From an uncultured bacterium (GTDB lineage: Bacteria; Hydrothermota; UBA3072), in contig CAZRYJ010000001.1 of the NCBI GenBank assembly GCA_964604245.1, forward strand, positions 23,686-64,890: a stretch of 41,205 bases of DNA. Reading direction: 5' to 3'. The stretch's first letter is position 1; every line of letters starts with the position of its first letter. A model generated the notes under the pieces. It ran no database searches. It saw nothing but the letters and a program-made list of their open reading frames with translations, and was not told the origin of the DNA. Positions 1-8,786 of this stretch are shown one piece after another. A program made the translations under genes and the position numbers.

Positions 1-90
1 GCCTCTGCGGTTAATTAGATACCGGGTTTCAGGTTTTAGTAAAAACAATAAATATTTTCGTGTATTTTGTAGTTAAAAATACAAATTTAA

Positions 91-183
91 GGGGTGTAGT
101 GGTGTTTCGTGTTTTTTGTGTGTTTAGTGGTTAATATCAGGGTTGTGGGTGTGGCTTTGCGCTCTCCGCGCCTCTGCGGTTAA
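91..183 (-). repeat. two tandem 44-nt three-word intergenic modules (minus orientation: G-rich tail, three words, GGTTAA head)
   Basis: 91-134 ggggtgtagtggtgtttcgtgttttttgtgtgtttagtggttaa; 140-183 gggttgtgggtgtggctttgcgctctccgcgcctctgcggttaa. The same dimer layout (tail-tgata-head) recurs on the other strand at about 8761-8827. Confidence 0.8.
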
Positions 184-187
184 TTCT

Positions 188-1489
188 TCAATTGCCATTA
201 AACCGGAAATATATTCTCCCTTCTGAAGGAGAAATATCTTTTGGGACAGCATATTCTAAGGTAAATTTCTTGATATTAAGACCAAATCCATAAGAATATT
301 GCCATCTGTTATAAAAAAAATTGGCATCTACAAACGGATAGGCGGTCAAAATTCCAAATTTACTTCTAAATTCAAGTCCAACAATTGCACCCTCCTTAAC
401 AACTATGCCCGGATAACCTCTAAACGATCTGAAAAAAGTTAAATCACCTTCATCAAAGGAAAGTTTAAAATATTCGAGTTTAAGAACAAAAAAGAAAAAA
501 TATATATTGGCTAAGGTTTCAAGGTCCCATCCTTTACCCTTCCGAAATCTTTCTTTGTAAAAAATATCAAACGGCTTTGAGTTATATGAAAAACCAACGT
601 CTAAGAAAGGGTAAGATTCACTTAAACTTTGACTCGAAATAATCTCGAGACCTAACTGGCTCAAAAACGAAGCATCATGATAAAAATATTCCAACCCAGA
701 AGAAAAAGATATTAAATTATAATGATCTTTAATATAATTATGATTTAAAGAAAAATTTAAATTTAACGGTAGAGACAATATAGCGGGTTCAGTATACTCG
801 AATACTTCATTTTGATATTCTTCACTCTCCCTTTCCAATTTTATATTGACTTCCCTACCTTTACCGAAAAGATTTGCATTATTAAAAGCAAGTAGACCAC
901 CAAAACCTCCGTTATTCGAATACGAAACAACACCTTGTAAATTTCCACTGGTTTGCTCTCTTAAAAAAACAATTACATCAACCCAACCCTCCTCTACTGA
1001 CGGCACCAACTTAAACGAATCAACATTAATATAATCTATTTTATCTAATTCACTAATCGCTCTGGCTATTTTTGTTTCACTAAAGATATCAGCTTGTCCT
1101 ATTTGAATTTTTTGTCTAAGATAATCCGGTTTAGTATACGAAAGACCTTCTATTAAAATATTTTTAACTTTCTGCAAATGACCTGGTTCAATTATAAATT
1201 TCCAATTTATGTAGAAAGAATCCATAGAAAACTCCACTATCTTAACCTGTATAAAAGGAAATCCCTGATCCGAATAGAAAGTTATAATTTCTTCGATATT
1301 TTTCTCGAACAATTCCTTGCTAAAAACTGTTCCTTTTCGAGACAATAAACTTCTCAGTTTTTTCTCAGAAAAAATGATATTTCCCGAAAAAGTTATATCG
1401 CCAACTTTAAAAGAACTATTCGCTAAAAAAGAAGACCCGGAGAACTTATCTCCGGGTATCAACGCAAAAATTATGGCTACAACCACCAA
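188..1489 (-). CDS. Omp85-family outer-membrane protein (POTRA repeats plus small beta-barrel; BamA/surface antigen D15-like)
   Basis: 433 aa. N-terminal POTRA-like segments (GNIIFSEKKLRSLLS...FYSDQGFPFIQVKI; NILIEGLSYTKPDYLRQKI...), then alternating aromatic/polar strands typical of a beta-barrel. Starts 4 nt after the stop of the upstream gene. Confidence 0.6.
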   Translation of the reverse strand: MVVVAIIFALIPGDKFSGSSFLANSSFKVGDITFSGNIIFSEKKLRSLLSRKGTVFSKELFEKNIEEIITFYSDQGFPFIQVKIVEFSMDSFYINWKFIIEPGHLQKVKNILIEGLSYTKPDYLRQKIQIGQADIFSETKIARAISELDKIDYINVDSFKLVPSVEEGWVDVIVFLREQTSGNLQGVVSYSNNGGFGGLLAFNNANLFGKGREVNIKLERESEEYQNEVFEYTEPAILSLPLNLNFSLNHNYIKDHYNLISFSSGLEYFYHDASFLSQLGLEIISSQSLSESYPFLDVGFSYNSKPFDIFYKERFRKGKGWDLETLANIYFFFFVLKLEYFKLSFDEGDLTFFRSFRGYPGIVVKEGAIVGLEFRSKFGILTAYPFVDANFFYNRWQYSYGFGLNIKKFTLEYAVPKDISPSEGRIYFRFNGN

Positions 1490-1492
1490 AGA

Positions 1493-1849
1493 TTACTTCC
1501 GACCGGGATAATAAACAGTATCAGAAAATGAAAATTTAAAGAGTATAGTTTTATAATTGAATATCGATAAAGAATCAACGTACCCAAAATTCAAAACCCT
1601 AATACCTGCCCAATCATCAACATATATCTTTATATTTTCCTCTCTCAAAGGGATTTTCTGTTCTTTGGCTTTCTCAACTAATCTGCCTGGCACTTGAGAG
1701 TATGGACAACTAGAAGCCGGGCTGAAGAGTCTTTCAGCTTCACTTTTCATACTTGAATAGTCCAAACGTACCTTCGTCCATCGTATACCAAACAAAATAC
1801 AGTAACCCAAAACAACAGCAATTAAAATCCATAGAAAAAATTTACCCAT
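1493..1849 (-). CDS. hypothetical membrane-anchored protein (single N-terminal TM helix)
   Basis: 118 aa with hydrophobic N-terminus FFLWILIAVVLGYCILF. Tightly packed in the same-strand operon. No recognisable family motif. Confidence 0.5.
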   Translation of the reverse strand: MGKFFLWILIAVVLGYCILFGIRWTKVRLDYSSMKSEAERLFSPASSCPYSQVPGRLVEKAKEQKIPLREENIKIYVDDWAGIRVLNFGYVDSLSIFNYKTILFKFSFSDTVYYPGRK

Positions 1850-1887
1850 AAAATTTCCCCCTAAAAAAAATTAGAACTACAAAAAAA

Positions 1888-3048
1888 TTACCACCTGACC
1901 TTCTTAACCTGTTCTATGTTCTTTTGTGAATTATTTATGCCCCTTTGAGCATATTGTATCCACTTAGAATCACTTGTCTTCGTTATCGTTTTTTTCCAGA
2001 TTCTTATGGATTCCTCAAATTTTTCTATTGATGGATTCCACTTTTTATCCTGCATATAATTTAATCCCAAACGATAATAGTACTCTCCGTAAAGAGCTAA
2101 AAGAATTGCGTCGCCCGGATCAATAGAAAAACCTTCATTAATATATTTTTTAACACCTGGAAGATTCTTCCGGGTAAGCTCAAGATTAATCAATTGATAA
2201 TATACACTTAGATTGCCAGGTTCGATTTTTAATGCTTCTTTATAGTAACTCTCAGCTTTCTGATATTGCTTTAATTTTAAATACGCGTTTCCAATTTGTA
2301 TTCTGCTGGAAACATGCCTGGGAATTATTTTAATTATGGATTTGTATTCTTCGATAGCATTTCCGTATTCCCCAAGTTCGCTGTAACATTCGGCAAGCTT
2401 TTTAATTATTTCGATATCGTCAACAAAAGCCTCTTTAGCTTTTTTAAAAAACTTAACCGCTTCGCGATAACGCTTACGTTCAAAATAAGCATTTCCCAAC
2501 CTGAAAGCCACTCCGCTATCATCAGGGTTATATTGATAAGCTTTTTTATAGTTGTTTAAAGCTTCATCGTACCTACCCTGTGATTCAAGATAACTCGCAT
2601 ATAAGTCATAACTGTTGGCATCTTCAGGAAATTCTTTTATGACTTTTTTAAAAAGTAGCTCTGCTTTTTCAGGTTCTCCTATCATCGCATACAGGGAAGC
2701 AATAGCCTTTGCCATTTTACGATTACTCTCCGCATCAGGAAAACATCCAAACTTTTCCTTGCAAATTGCAAGGGCTTTATTTGTATCTCCAACTTCAAGA
2801 TACACCTGTCTCAATGCGAGATAAGCATCTACATAGTTGGGATCCGCTTTAATGGCCTTCTCCAAAAGAGGAATTGCTTCATTATAATTTTTCTGTTTCA
2901 TATGTTCGAAAGCAAAACTGTAGAATTTTTCCGCCTCGGAAACTTCCTGTGTTTGAGTACCTTCGTTTCCATCTTTTTTATCTCGAGCAGACGCACAGTT
3001 TGCTAAAACTAATAGAGAAAAAAGAAAAAAGACCCTTAAAAATTTCAC
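1888..3048 (-). CDS. TPR-repeat lipoprotein
   Basis: 386 aa. Signal peptide with lipobox (LLVLANC). Many 34-aa TPR-like repeats (A..Y...G.Y..A...Y..AL...P pattern). Its start codon abuts the stop of the upstream gene (3048/3049). Confidence 0.75.
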   Translation of the reverse strand: MKFLRVFFLFSLLVLANCASARDKKDGNEGTQTQEVSEAEKFYSFAFEHMKQKNYNEAIPLLEKAIKADPNYVDAYLALRQVYLEVGDTNKALAICKEKFGCFPDAESNRKMAKAIASLYAMIGEPEKAELLFKKVIKEFPEDANSYDLYASYLESQGRYDEALNNYKKAYQYNPDDSGVAFRLGNAYFERKRYREAVKFFKKAKEAFVDDIEIIKKLAECYSELGEYGNAIEEYKSIIKIIPRHVSSRIQIGNAYLKLKQYQKAESYYKEALKIEPGNLSVYYQLINLELTRKNLPGVKKYINEGFSIDPGDAILLALYGEYYYRLGLNYMQDKKWNPSIEKFEESIRIWKKTITKTSDSKWIQYAQRGINNSQKNIEQVKKVRW

Positions 3049-4425
3049 TTATTGATCCCCCTTTCCTTTTGATTTCGGTCTTGCCGCAAGAATCGTTTTT
3101 TCAACATCCTTTGCTTTAACCCAGACAAAATAAGTCATACCCGTATCATCAGTTTCATAATATGGACCTTCAGAAAAAGACTCTTCGACAAGTTCCTTAT
3201 AATTGTTAATAAAATTAACCTCCATAACTAACTGGGTCCTATTTTCATCCTGAGCTTCAGAGGTTAATCTATAACCATTAGCTGAAATCTCTAAATAAGG
3301 ATCGCTCAATAGATCATTTTTTATTTCTTTCATTGCTTCTTCTTCTTTAAACAATTCATAAAGATTACCCTGTGGAATAATATCTTTCTCATCCTCGTAA
3401 AGTTTAACCATAGAAACAAGATTCAAAAGAGAAGAATAACCGTTGAGAACTCTATTATTATTTAAAACATCAAATCTCTCCGAATAAAAAGAATTGAAAA
3501 GATTTACCGCTAAAGGGATTTTCTTCTTAAAAGTAACAATATCGCCAAGAAAATCGATTTTTCTGCCTCCATTCACATAGGAAACCATTTTATCGTCAAA
3601 TTCTTTTAGATCATTTATTAAAATTACATCCTTTTTCGAATCAAGTACATTGATAATCTTTTTAACTTGTTCATGAATACTTTCTGAATACAAAGGAATC
3701 GTATCCGTTTCATCTACCGATTCGGGTATATCCTTGCTTTGAACTGCCAAAAGCGGATTTTCCAATTTCTTCTCGATATGCCCAAACAGAAACCGAACAA
3801 CATCTTCTTCTATCAGATCACTTCTTCTCAAACTATCCCTTATCAAAAGACTATTTTGGATTCCTGAAATCATATAAGCAAGTTCTTCATTTTCCTGTAC
3901 CATCAAACTTATAACCCTGTCTTTTTCCTTTTCTATATTAATTCCGGAAATATAACGCAAAAGGCTATTTAATTCTGGTTCAATATTTCTATAATCATAT
4001 TCTCTCGCTTCTTTAATTTCATAAGCGGCAAAAGTTAATGCGGAATCAATCGGATAAAGATATTCAGATATCTTGATTTGCAGGGAACTATCCGCAGTAA
4101 ATAAATCTTTCTTTAATTCCTTAACTATACCCTCACATTGAGTAATTTTGGTTTTTGCTCTCATTACAGACATTTTCCTTCTTGTTATCCACTCGGGATC
4201 AGGATTTATTTCTTTCCTGAAATAAGGTTCTAAAACCCTTTCCCATTCGACTTCCAAAGGATATTGTCCGTTCTTTATCATATATTTTTCCAGCGCATTT
4301 CTTATTTCTTTGAGTCCCTTCTCAGCCTTCAATCGATGCGCCCTGCCGGCAAAGATAGCTTCTCCACCACAGGAGATAAAAACCAAAACACAGGATAATA
4401 CTATTAAAACCAGCGATTTCCTCAT
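3049..4425 (-). CDS. hypothetical secreted protein or lipoprotein
   Basis: I start it at ATG 4425 (MRKSLVLIVLSCVLVFISCGG, signal peptide with a Cys). The ORF-track start at 4518 reads through the tRNA gene and is an artefact. No family recognised. Confidence 0.6.
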   Translation of the reverse strand: MRKSLVLIVLSCVLVFISCGGEAIFAGRAHRLKAEKGLKEIRNALEKYMIKNGQYPLEVEWERVLEPYFRKEINPDPEWITRRKMSVMRAKTKITQCEGIVKELKKDLFTADSSLQIKISEYLYPIDSALTFAAYEIKEAREYDYRNIEPELNSLLRYISGINIEKEKDRVISLMVQENEELAYMISGIQNSLLIRDSLRRSDLIEEDVVRFLFGHIEKKLENPLLAVQSKDIPESVDETDTIPLYSESIHEQVKKIINVLDSKKDVILINDLKEFDDKMVSYVNGGRKIDFLGDIVTFKKKIPLAVNLFNSFYSERFDVLNNNRVLNGYSSLLNLVSMVKLYEDEKDIIPQGNLYELFKEEEAMKEIKNDLLSDPYLEISANGYRLTSEAQDENRTQLVMEVNFINNYKELVEESFSEGPYYETDDTGMTYFVWVKAKDVEKTILAARPKSKGKGDQ

Positions 4426-4451
4426 AAAAAATAACCCTCCATTCAAACCTT

Positions 4452-4524
4452 TGGAGCCGACGGGACTTGAACCCGTGCCCTTCTGACTGCCAGTCAGACG
4501 CGCTACCAACTGCGCCACGGCCCC
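4452..4524 (-). tRNA. tRNA-Ala (anticodon GGC)
   Basis: Minus-strand sequence GGGGCCGTGGCGCAGTTGGTAGCGCGTCTGACTGGCAGTCAGAAGGGCACGGGTTCAAGTCCCGTCGGCTCCA folds into a 73-nt cloverleaf: 7-bp acceptor, GCGC D-stem, TCTGA/TCAGA anticodon stem, loop CTGGCAG, TTCAAGT T-loop. It has the G3:U70 alanine identity pair. CCA is not encoded. Confidence 0.93.
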
Positions 4525-4537
4525 TATTATATAAATT

Positions 4538-4566
4538 TATATTAATGTAAAAAATTGAATTGTCAA
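4538..4566 (-). promoter_or_regulatory. putative sigma70-type promoter for tRNA-Ala and the downstream envelope operon
   Basis: Minus strand has TTGACA (4566-4561), a 17-nt spacer and AATATA (4543-4538), about 14 nt upstream of the tRNA 5' end. Confidence 0.4.
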
Positions 4567-4585
4567 GATTTTAAATCAGGTTATC

Positions 4586-4675
4586 TAACCACAAAGAACA
4601 CAAAACCCACACCACATCCCTTTTTATTTAATTGTACCGCAAAGACACAGAGTGCACAGAGCCACACCTCACTCC
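4586..4675 (+). repeat. two three-word modules (plus orientation)
   Basis: 4586-4620 taaccacaaagaacacaaaacccacaccacatccc; 4635-4675 taccgcaaagacacagagtgcacagagccacacctcactcc. Confidence 0.75.
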
Positions 4676-4759
4676 ACTTTCTCTATTGTATTTTAATTAA
4701 ACAACCTCAAAATCCGAAAAACCGATTTAACCACAGAGAGCACCATGCCCTGCCTGTTC

Positions 4760-4955
4760 CGAGAAGATTAACTATCTTTCCCATATGAAGTGTACTTGTA
4801 ACAATAAGAATATCCCTGATATCAGCAAAAATCAATTGTTTAATAGGATTGTAAATCACAGACTCTTTGCCAACCGGTAAAAAATGTTTATTTGTAACTT
4901 TTGTTAAAGGATACAGCCTGTCCCCTTTTCCTCCTGCGAGTATTACACCTTTTAT
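4760..4955 (-). pseudogene. N-terminal remnant of a sugar-phosphate nucleotidyltransferase (RmlA/GalU-like)
   Basis: Minus-strand translation reads (I)KGVILAGGKGDRLYPLTKVTNKHFLPVGKESVIYNPIKQLIFADIRDILIVTSTLHMGKIVNLLGTG. GxLAGGxGxRLxPLT is the nucleotidyltransferase signature. ATA occupies the position of the expected ATG. Homology stops after about 65 codons where repeat-module sequence begins. Confidence 0.6.
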
Positions 4956-5173
4956 ATATCTTAAAAATAAAAATATACTTACTTTTTGTGTAGTTCCCTG
5001 GAATATTTGTATTCCAAAGAGAGTTCATCCCGTGAAATAGCTTGCTATTCCACGGGACAGGCCCGAGAGCGGAAGTGGTGGCTTCCTCTGCTTTCAGAAA
5101 TCAACCACGGCTTTTTGAGGGATTCAGGCTCCGCCTTTTAAAAAAATGGGGAGATGCAAGTGTAGTTGCACTA

Positions 5174-5202
5174 TTGACAATAAGAAACTTTTCTGTAATT
5201 AT
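5174..5202 (+). promoter_or_regulatory. putative promoter placed for a leaderless or near-leaderless transcript of the GT-C gene
   Basis: TTGACA 5174-5179, a 16-17 nt spacer, then TAATTA/AATTAT 5196-5202. The ATG is at 5208 and no Shine-Dalgarno sequence is present. Confidence 0.4.
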
Positions 5203-5207
5203 GGCTA

Positions 5208-7301
5208 ATGTTTAATAAATATAAAAATCGAATAAAGAGTTCTCTTGTATTAGTATGGGGTACTGTTGTTGTTATTTACTTTTTCAGACGTTTCCCAATC
5301 ATTCACCTCTCTGAAGTCATCTTAAATGTGTTTGCTCTTTTTATACTACTATTATTTTTTACAGCTTTAGGTAGATATATATTAAAAAAATTCCGGTTCA
5401 AATGGAATTCATTCGTTGAAGAATGTTGTTTCTCTTTCGGTATCGGTTCCGGAATTTTCATTTTGTTAATTATCGGTCTTGCTTTTCTGAAATTGCTTTT
5501 CGAAATTATAATCGTTTCGCTTTTCCTAATACTTTTTATTTTAGTTTACAAAGATGCCAAATATCTTGCTATTACAGGATATAATCAACTTTTAAAATTC
5601 CTTTCAAGTAAAAAGTCTTCTCACGAGAAAGTTTTTATTGGCTTTATCTTTGTTGGTATTATTCTAACTCTTCTAACAACTCTAACGCCCCCTTTCTTTT
5701 ACGATGCATTATCATATCATCTGGCAGTTCCGCAGAAGTATCTTGTTAACCATGGTTTTTCCTTTCTTCCTCTTAATTATTTCTCGAATTTTCCCGCGAA
5801 TCTCGGCATGTTATTTGTTTTAGCTTTCAGTCTTTCAGGTGATTTGTTAGCTAAGTTGATTTCCTGGGCATATGCTCCTCTTACCACTCTGGCGGTTTAT
5901 TCTTTTACTAAATCTCTTTGGGGAAATCGAGTCGGAATACTCTCTGCGGCTATATTTATATTTGTACCCGGAATAATGATTCTTTCCACTTTAACTTCAA
6001 TAGACCTCGCGGTTACATTTTATTCTTTTATGAGCCTGTATTCGCTGCTTTACTGGTGTAAATCTCCTCAAAAAAGATGGTTTATATTTTCAGGAATATT
6101 TTGCGGTCTTGCAATGGGAACAAAATACACTGCAATCTTAGTTACCTGGTTAACCCTTGAAACGATTTTGCTTGTTCACTTATATTTCATTAAAAAGAAA
6201 TCGTTTATTAATGGATTAAAATATTGTATTTGTTTCGGCTTAATTGCCCTCCTCTGTTTTTCTCCCTGGTTAATAAAAAATATTATCTATACTAATAATC
6301 CTTTGTATCCTTTTTCGCATTCTTTGTTGAAATCAGACAGTTCAAAAATCAATAATTATAGCCACGTAATGCGGCGAATAGGCAATCCTGTCCATTCCTG
6401 GTTTTATGCATACAAAAATAACGATAGGTCTTTGTCGGAAGGAATTAAATTAATCCTAAGTAGTCCCTGGAAGGTTACAATGACTATGAATGGAGCTGCT
6501 GGAAAAACAGGGATAATTTTCTTCTTAGGATTACCATTCATATTTCTTCTCAAGAAAATACCGCTCATCATTCGTTACTTATTGTTTTTTTCGATATGTG
6601 TTTTTCTTTTATGGATATTATTATTACCATGGATTTTACGTTTTGCCTTCCCGATGTTCCCTCCACTAAGTATTATCCTCGCCTATGTCTTTTGTCAATT
6701 ATCGGAATATTCTAATAGAAAAAAATGGATCGCTGCCGGCATTGGCATTGTTTTAATATACCACTTGTTTTTATTTTTTTCTGAAATGGTTTCAGTTTTA
6801 CGCCCTTTTCCTTATTTATTCGGAAATCAATCAAAAGAGGAATTTCTGGTATCACATGGCGTCAATTACTACCCGGTAATCCAATGGGCAAACAATACAA
6901 TCCCAACTAACTCCAAGATTTTATTTGTTGGCGAGTTGCGAGGTTACTATTGCAGGAGAGACTATCTCTTACATGTTGGAATACAGGGCGTCGATGAGGA
7001 AAAACTGATATTGCGTAACTTTATTAAAAAAGCCAACAGCGTTGATGAAATACTGCAGAATTTAAATAGCTTAGAGATTACTCATATTTTAATTAACTTT
7101 TCCGAAATGTCTCGACTTGCCAAAAATTATCTTTCTTTAAATTCATATTTTGATTTCCCCGATAAGGAAAAAAGTGAACTGGTTGAAGAATTTTTTTCAG
7201 ATTATTTACACCCTTTAGCTTCAAAATATAACGTCACACTTTACAAAATAAACTATCCCGAAGACATCTTGAAACAGAAACCACAAGATTCCACAGATTA
7301 A
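5208..7301 (+). CDS. polytopic membrane glycosyltransferase, GT-C fold (ArnT/PMT-like)
   Basis: 697 aa with more than 12 hydrophobic helices followed by a soluble C-terminal domain. Early loop motif PPFFYDALSYH resembles the acidic first-loop motif of GT-C enzymes. The last codons and the TAA stop lie inside a repeat module. Confidence 0.5.
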   Translation: MFNKYKNRIKSSLVLVWGTVVVIYFFRRFPIIHLSEVILNVFALFILLLFFTALGRYILKKFRFKWNSFVEECCFSFGIGSGIFILLIIGLAFLKLLFEIIIVSLFLILFILVYKDAKYLAITGYNQLLKFLSSKKSSHEKVFIGFIFVGIILTLLTTLTPPFFYDALSYHLAVPQKYLVNHGFSFLPLNYFSNFPANLGMLFVLAFSLSGDLLAKLISWAYAPLTTLAVYSFTKSLWGNRVGILSAAIFIFVPGIMILSTLTSIDLAVTFYSFMSLYSLLYWCKSPQKRWFIFSGIFCGLAMGTKYTAILVTWLTLETILLVHLYFIKKKSFINGLKYCICFGLIALLCFSPWLIKNIIYTNNPLYPFSHSLLKSDSSKINNYSHVMRRIGNPVHSWFYAYKNNDRSLSEGIKLILSSPWKVTMTMNGAAGKTGIIFFLGLPFIFLLKKIPLIIRYLLFFSICVFLLWILLLPWILRFAFPMFPPLSIILAYVFCQLSEYSNRKKWIAAGIGIVLIYHLFLFFSEMVSVLRPFPYLFGNQSKEEFLVSHGVNYYPVIQWANNTIPTNSKILFVGELRGYYCRRDYLLHVGIQGVDEEKLILRNFIKKANSVDEILQNLNSLEITHILINFSEMSRLAKNYLSLNSYFDFPDKEKSELVEEFFSDYLHPLASKYNVTLYKINYPEDILKQKPQDSTD

Positions 7302-7367
7302 CACAAGATTACCCCACCACTCCCCAAATTAATATCACCGCAGAGACGCAGAGCCCCACCACACCCC
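7279..7367 (+). repeat. two three-word modules overlapping the 3' end of the GT-C gene
   Basis: 7279-7325 aaccacaagattccacagattaacacaagattaccccaccactcccc; 7329-7367 ttaatatcaccgcagagacgcagagccccaccacacccc. Confidence 0.8.
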
Positions 7368-7574
7368 AGATAGTAACCACAAGATTTCACCCTGGTACAG
7401 TCGTGTTAATCTGCAGCTATTATTCGGGGTAGAGGGGTTAAAGACAATAAAAAACTCTACGTTCTCTGTGGCTATTATTTAGGGTATAGGATATAGGGTT
7501 TAGGGTATAGAAAAAAACAAAAGAAAAAAACAAAAACTCTGTGGGGCGTGTGTTGACTGGGAATACTATAATCA

Positions 7575-7604
7575 GAAAAAAGGACGCCTGAGCGCCCTTT
7601 TTTC
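7575..7604. terminator. bidirectional rho-independent terminator downstream of the pilin gene
   Basis: aaaaaaggacgcctgagcgccctttttt: a GC stem (ggacgc/gcgccc with one G:U pair), loop ctga, with an A-run on one side and a T-run on the other. Located 28 nt after the pilin stop codon. Confidence 0.65.
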
Positions 7605-7631
7605 TAAAAGTTTTATATGAAAAATTTACGA

Positions 7632-8066
7632 TTACCTACCTGGTACCAATGTTAAAGTAGACGAAAGACCACCTTTACAACCACCCTCTATAGTATAAGA
7701 TGTTCCAGTAAAACCAGTACCAGAAACCGCTTCATAACCTACTTGTCCTTCGTTAGTCTCAAGAGAAAAATTAAACGCCCCCGGAGTAACTGCAGCATAA
7801 CGAGACCTTGTACCATCGTACGGATTCATGAAGTTTGTCGGTATTTCATTTATAAGCAATGGTTCGGCATCATTTGGATATCTACCCATTTCATCTATAG
7901 ACAACGACTCAACAGTTACCTGCAAAGTATGCTGATTAGCTTTCACCGAAGCGCATTTAGCTCTGTCCACTATCTTTACAAAGTTCGGGATGGCTATAGC
8001 TGCAAGAATACCAATGATGACGACCACAACCATTAACTCGATAAGCGTAAAACCACGTTTCTTCAT
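7632..8066 (-). CDS. type IV pilin (prepilin-type N-terminal cleavage/methylation domain)
   Basis: 144 aa. MKKRGFTLIELMVVVVIIGILAAIAIPNF is a class III signal peptide with Glu+5. Two Cys residues could form a C-terminal disulfide. Strong SD (taggaggtcat before the ATG). Confidence 0.85.
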   Translation of the reverse strand: MKKRGFTLIELMVVVVIIGILAAIAIPNFVKIVDRAKCASVKANQHTLQVTVESLSIDEMGRYPNDAEPLLINEIPTNFMNPYDGTRSRYAAVTPGAFNFSLETNEGQVGYEAVSGTGFTGTSYTIEGGCKGGLSSTLTLVPGR

Positions 8067-8273
8067 ATGACCTCCTAAATTTAAAAGTTTAACTTAACTA
8101 CCACAATAAACAAATCAATAGTAATCATATACCAATATCTATACAAGAAGCATTCCTGAAAAAAAGACATTGATTTCCAAATACTTAAACCTGATCATGT
8201 TTGCAAAGTGCAAATTTCCTTGCAAAATCCGTAAAATAAATTTAACATAAAACTCTCAGAGTTCATCGTAAAA

Positions 8274-8681
8274 TTAGTAAATTCTGCCTGCAGTAAGAAT
8301 AAGGTTAAGCGGAATTGCATTTTTACCCAAACCGGTAATAGTGTAATTGTCGTATGGATTCGTTTTGTACTCCACCACGCCTTCAACATCGGCACCAGTT
8401 TCATCCTGAACTACCGGAGCAAGCGGGTTAAAAGGATTATTCATTCCCGGAGGCAAATCATCAGAAAACAAAATGACAGAAGCTGGATAACTTCCCGGGT
8501 TATCCAAACAATAAAACTCTACTTCAACTTGAGTTGTATGCATATTAGCTTTTACTTCCGCTACCTTAGCTTGAACAACAATTCTAACATAGTTAGGTAT
8601 TGCTATTGCAGCAAGAATGCCAATGATCACAATTACTACCATGAGCTCAATTAACGTAAACCCCTCTTTCTTCCTTATCAT
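8274..8681 (-). CDS. type IV pilin paralog
   Basis: I start it at ATG 8681, giving MIRKKEGFTLIELMVVIVIIGILAAIAIPNY with a short pilin leader. The ORF-track start at 8729 would add 16 non-pilin residues and contains a TTGACA box. Confidence 0.8.
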   Translation of the reverse strand: MIRKKEGFTLIELMVVIVIIGILAAIAIPNYVRIVVQAKVAEVKANMHTTQVEVEFYCLDNPGSYPASVILFSDDLPPGMNNPFNPLAPVVQDETGADVEGVVEYKTNPYDNYTITGLGKNAIPLNLILTAGRIY

Positions 8682-8786
8682 ATACTTAAAAATACGAAAA
8701 AAATCAAAAATGTCAAGGCTAAAATTCATTTTCCATAAATTAATTAAAAAAATTTACTACAAAAAGCACACCCGCAACCCCTGATA

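Noticed and set aside
91-183. G-quadruplex potential of the G-rich module tails on the minus-orientation strand (for example gggttgtgggtgtgg, ggggtggtgggaagggt)
   Set aside because: Most tails have only two or three G-runs, some only GG. The evidence is insufficient for a stable four-run quadruplex, so this is noted only as a possibility.
4555-4788. ORFs reading through repeat modules, plus N-terminal extensions of real genes: 4555-4788, 8744-8935, 8195-8404, 21073-21258, 28402-28617, 29470-29907, 40711-40893; extensions 21092-21280, 28386-28562, 4426-4518, 8682-8729
   Set aside because: Their sequence is entirely module-derived low-complexity text (for example HRLHRL or CVLCG strings), or overlaps a tRNA, a promoter or a better-supported gene. 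No start context or family motif is present.
7553-7572. TTGACT ... TATAAT pair that looks like a strong promoter
   Set aside because: The spacer is only 8 nt, and no plus-strand gene follows because the pilin gene downstream is on the minus strand. It is probably module-derived sequence.
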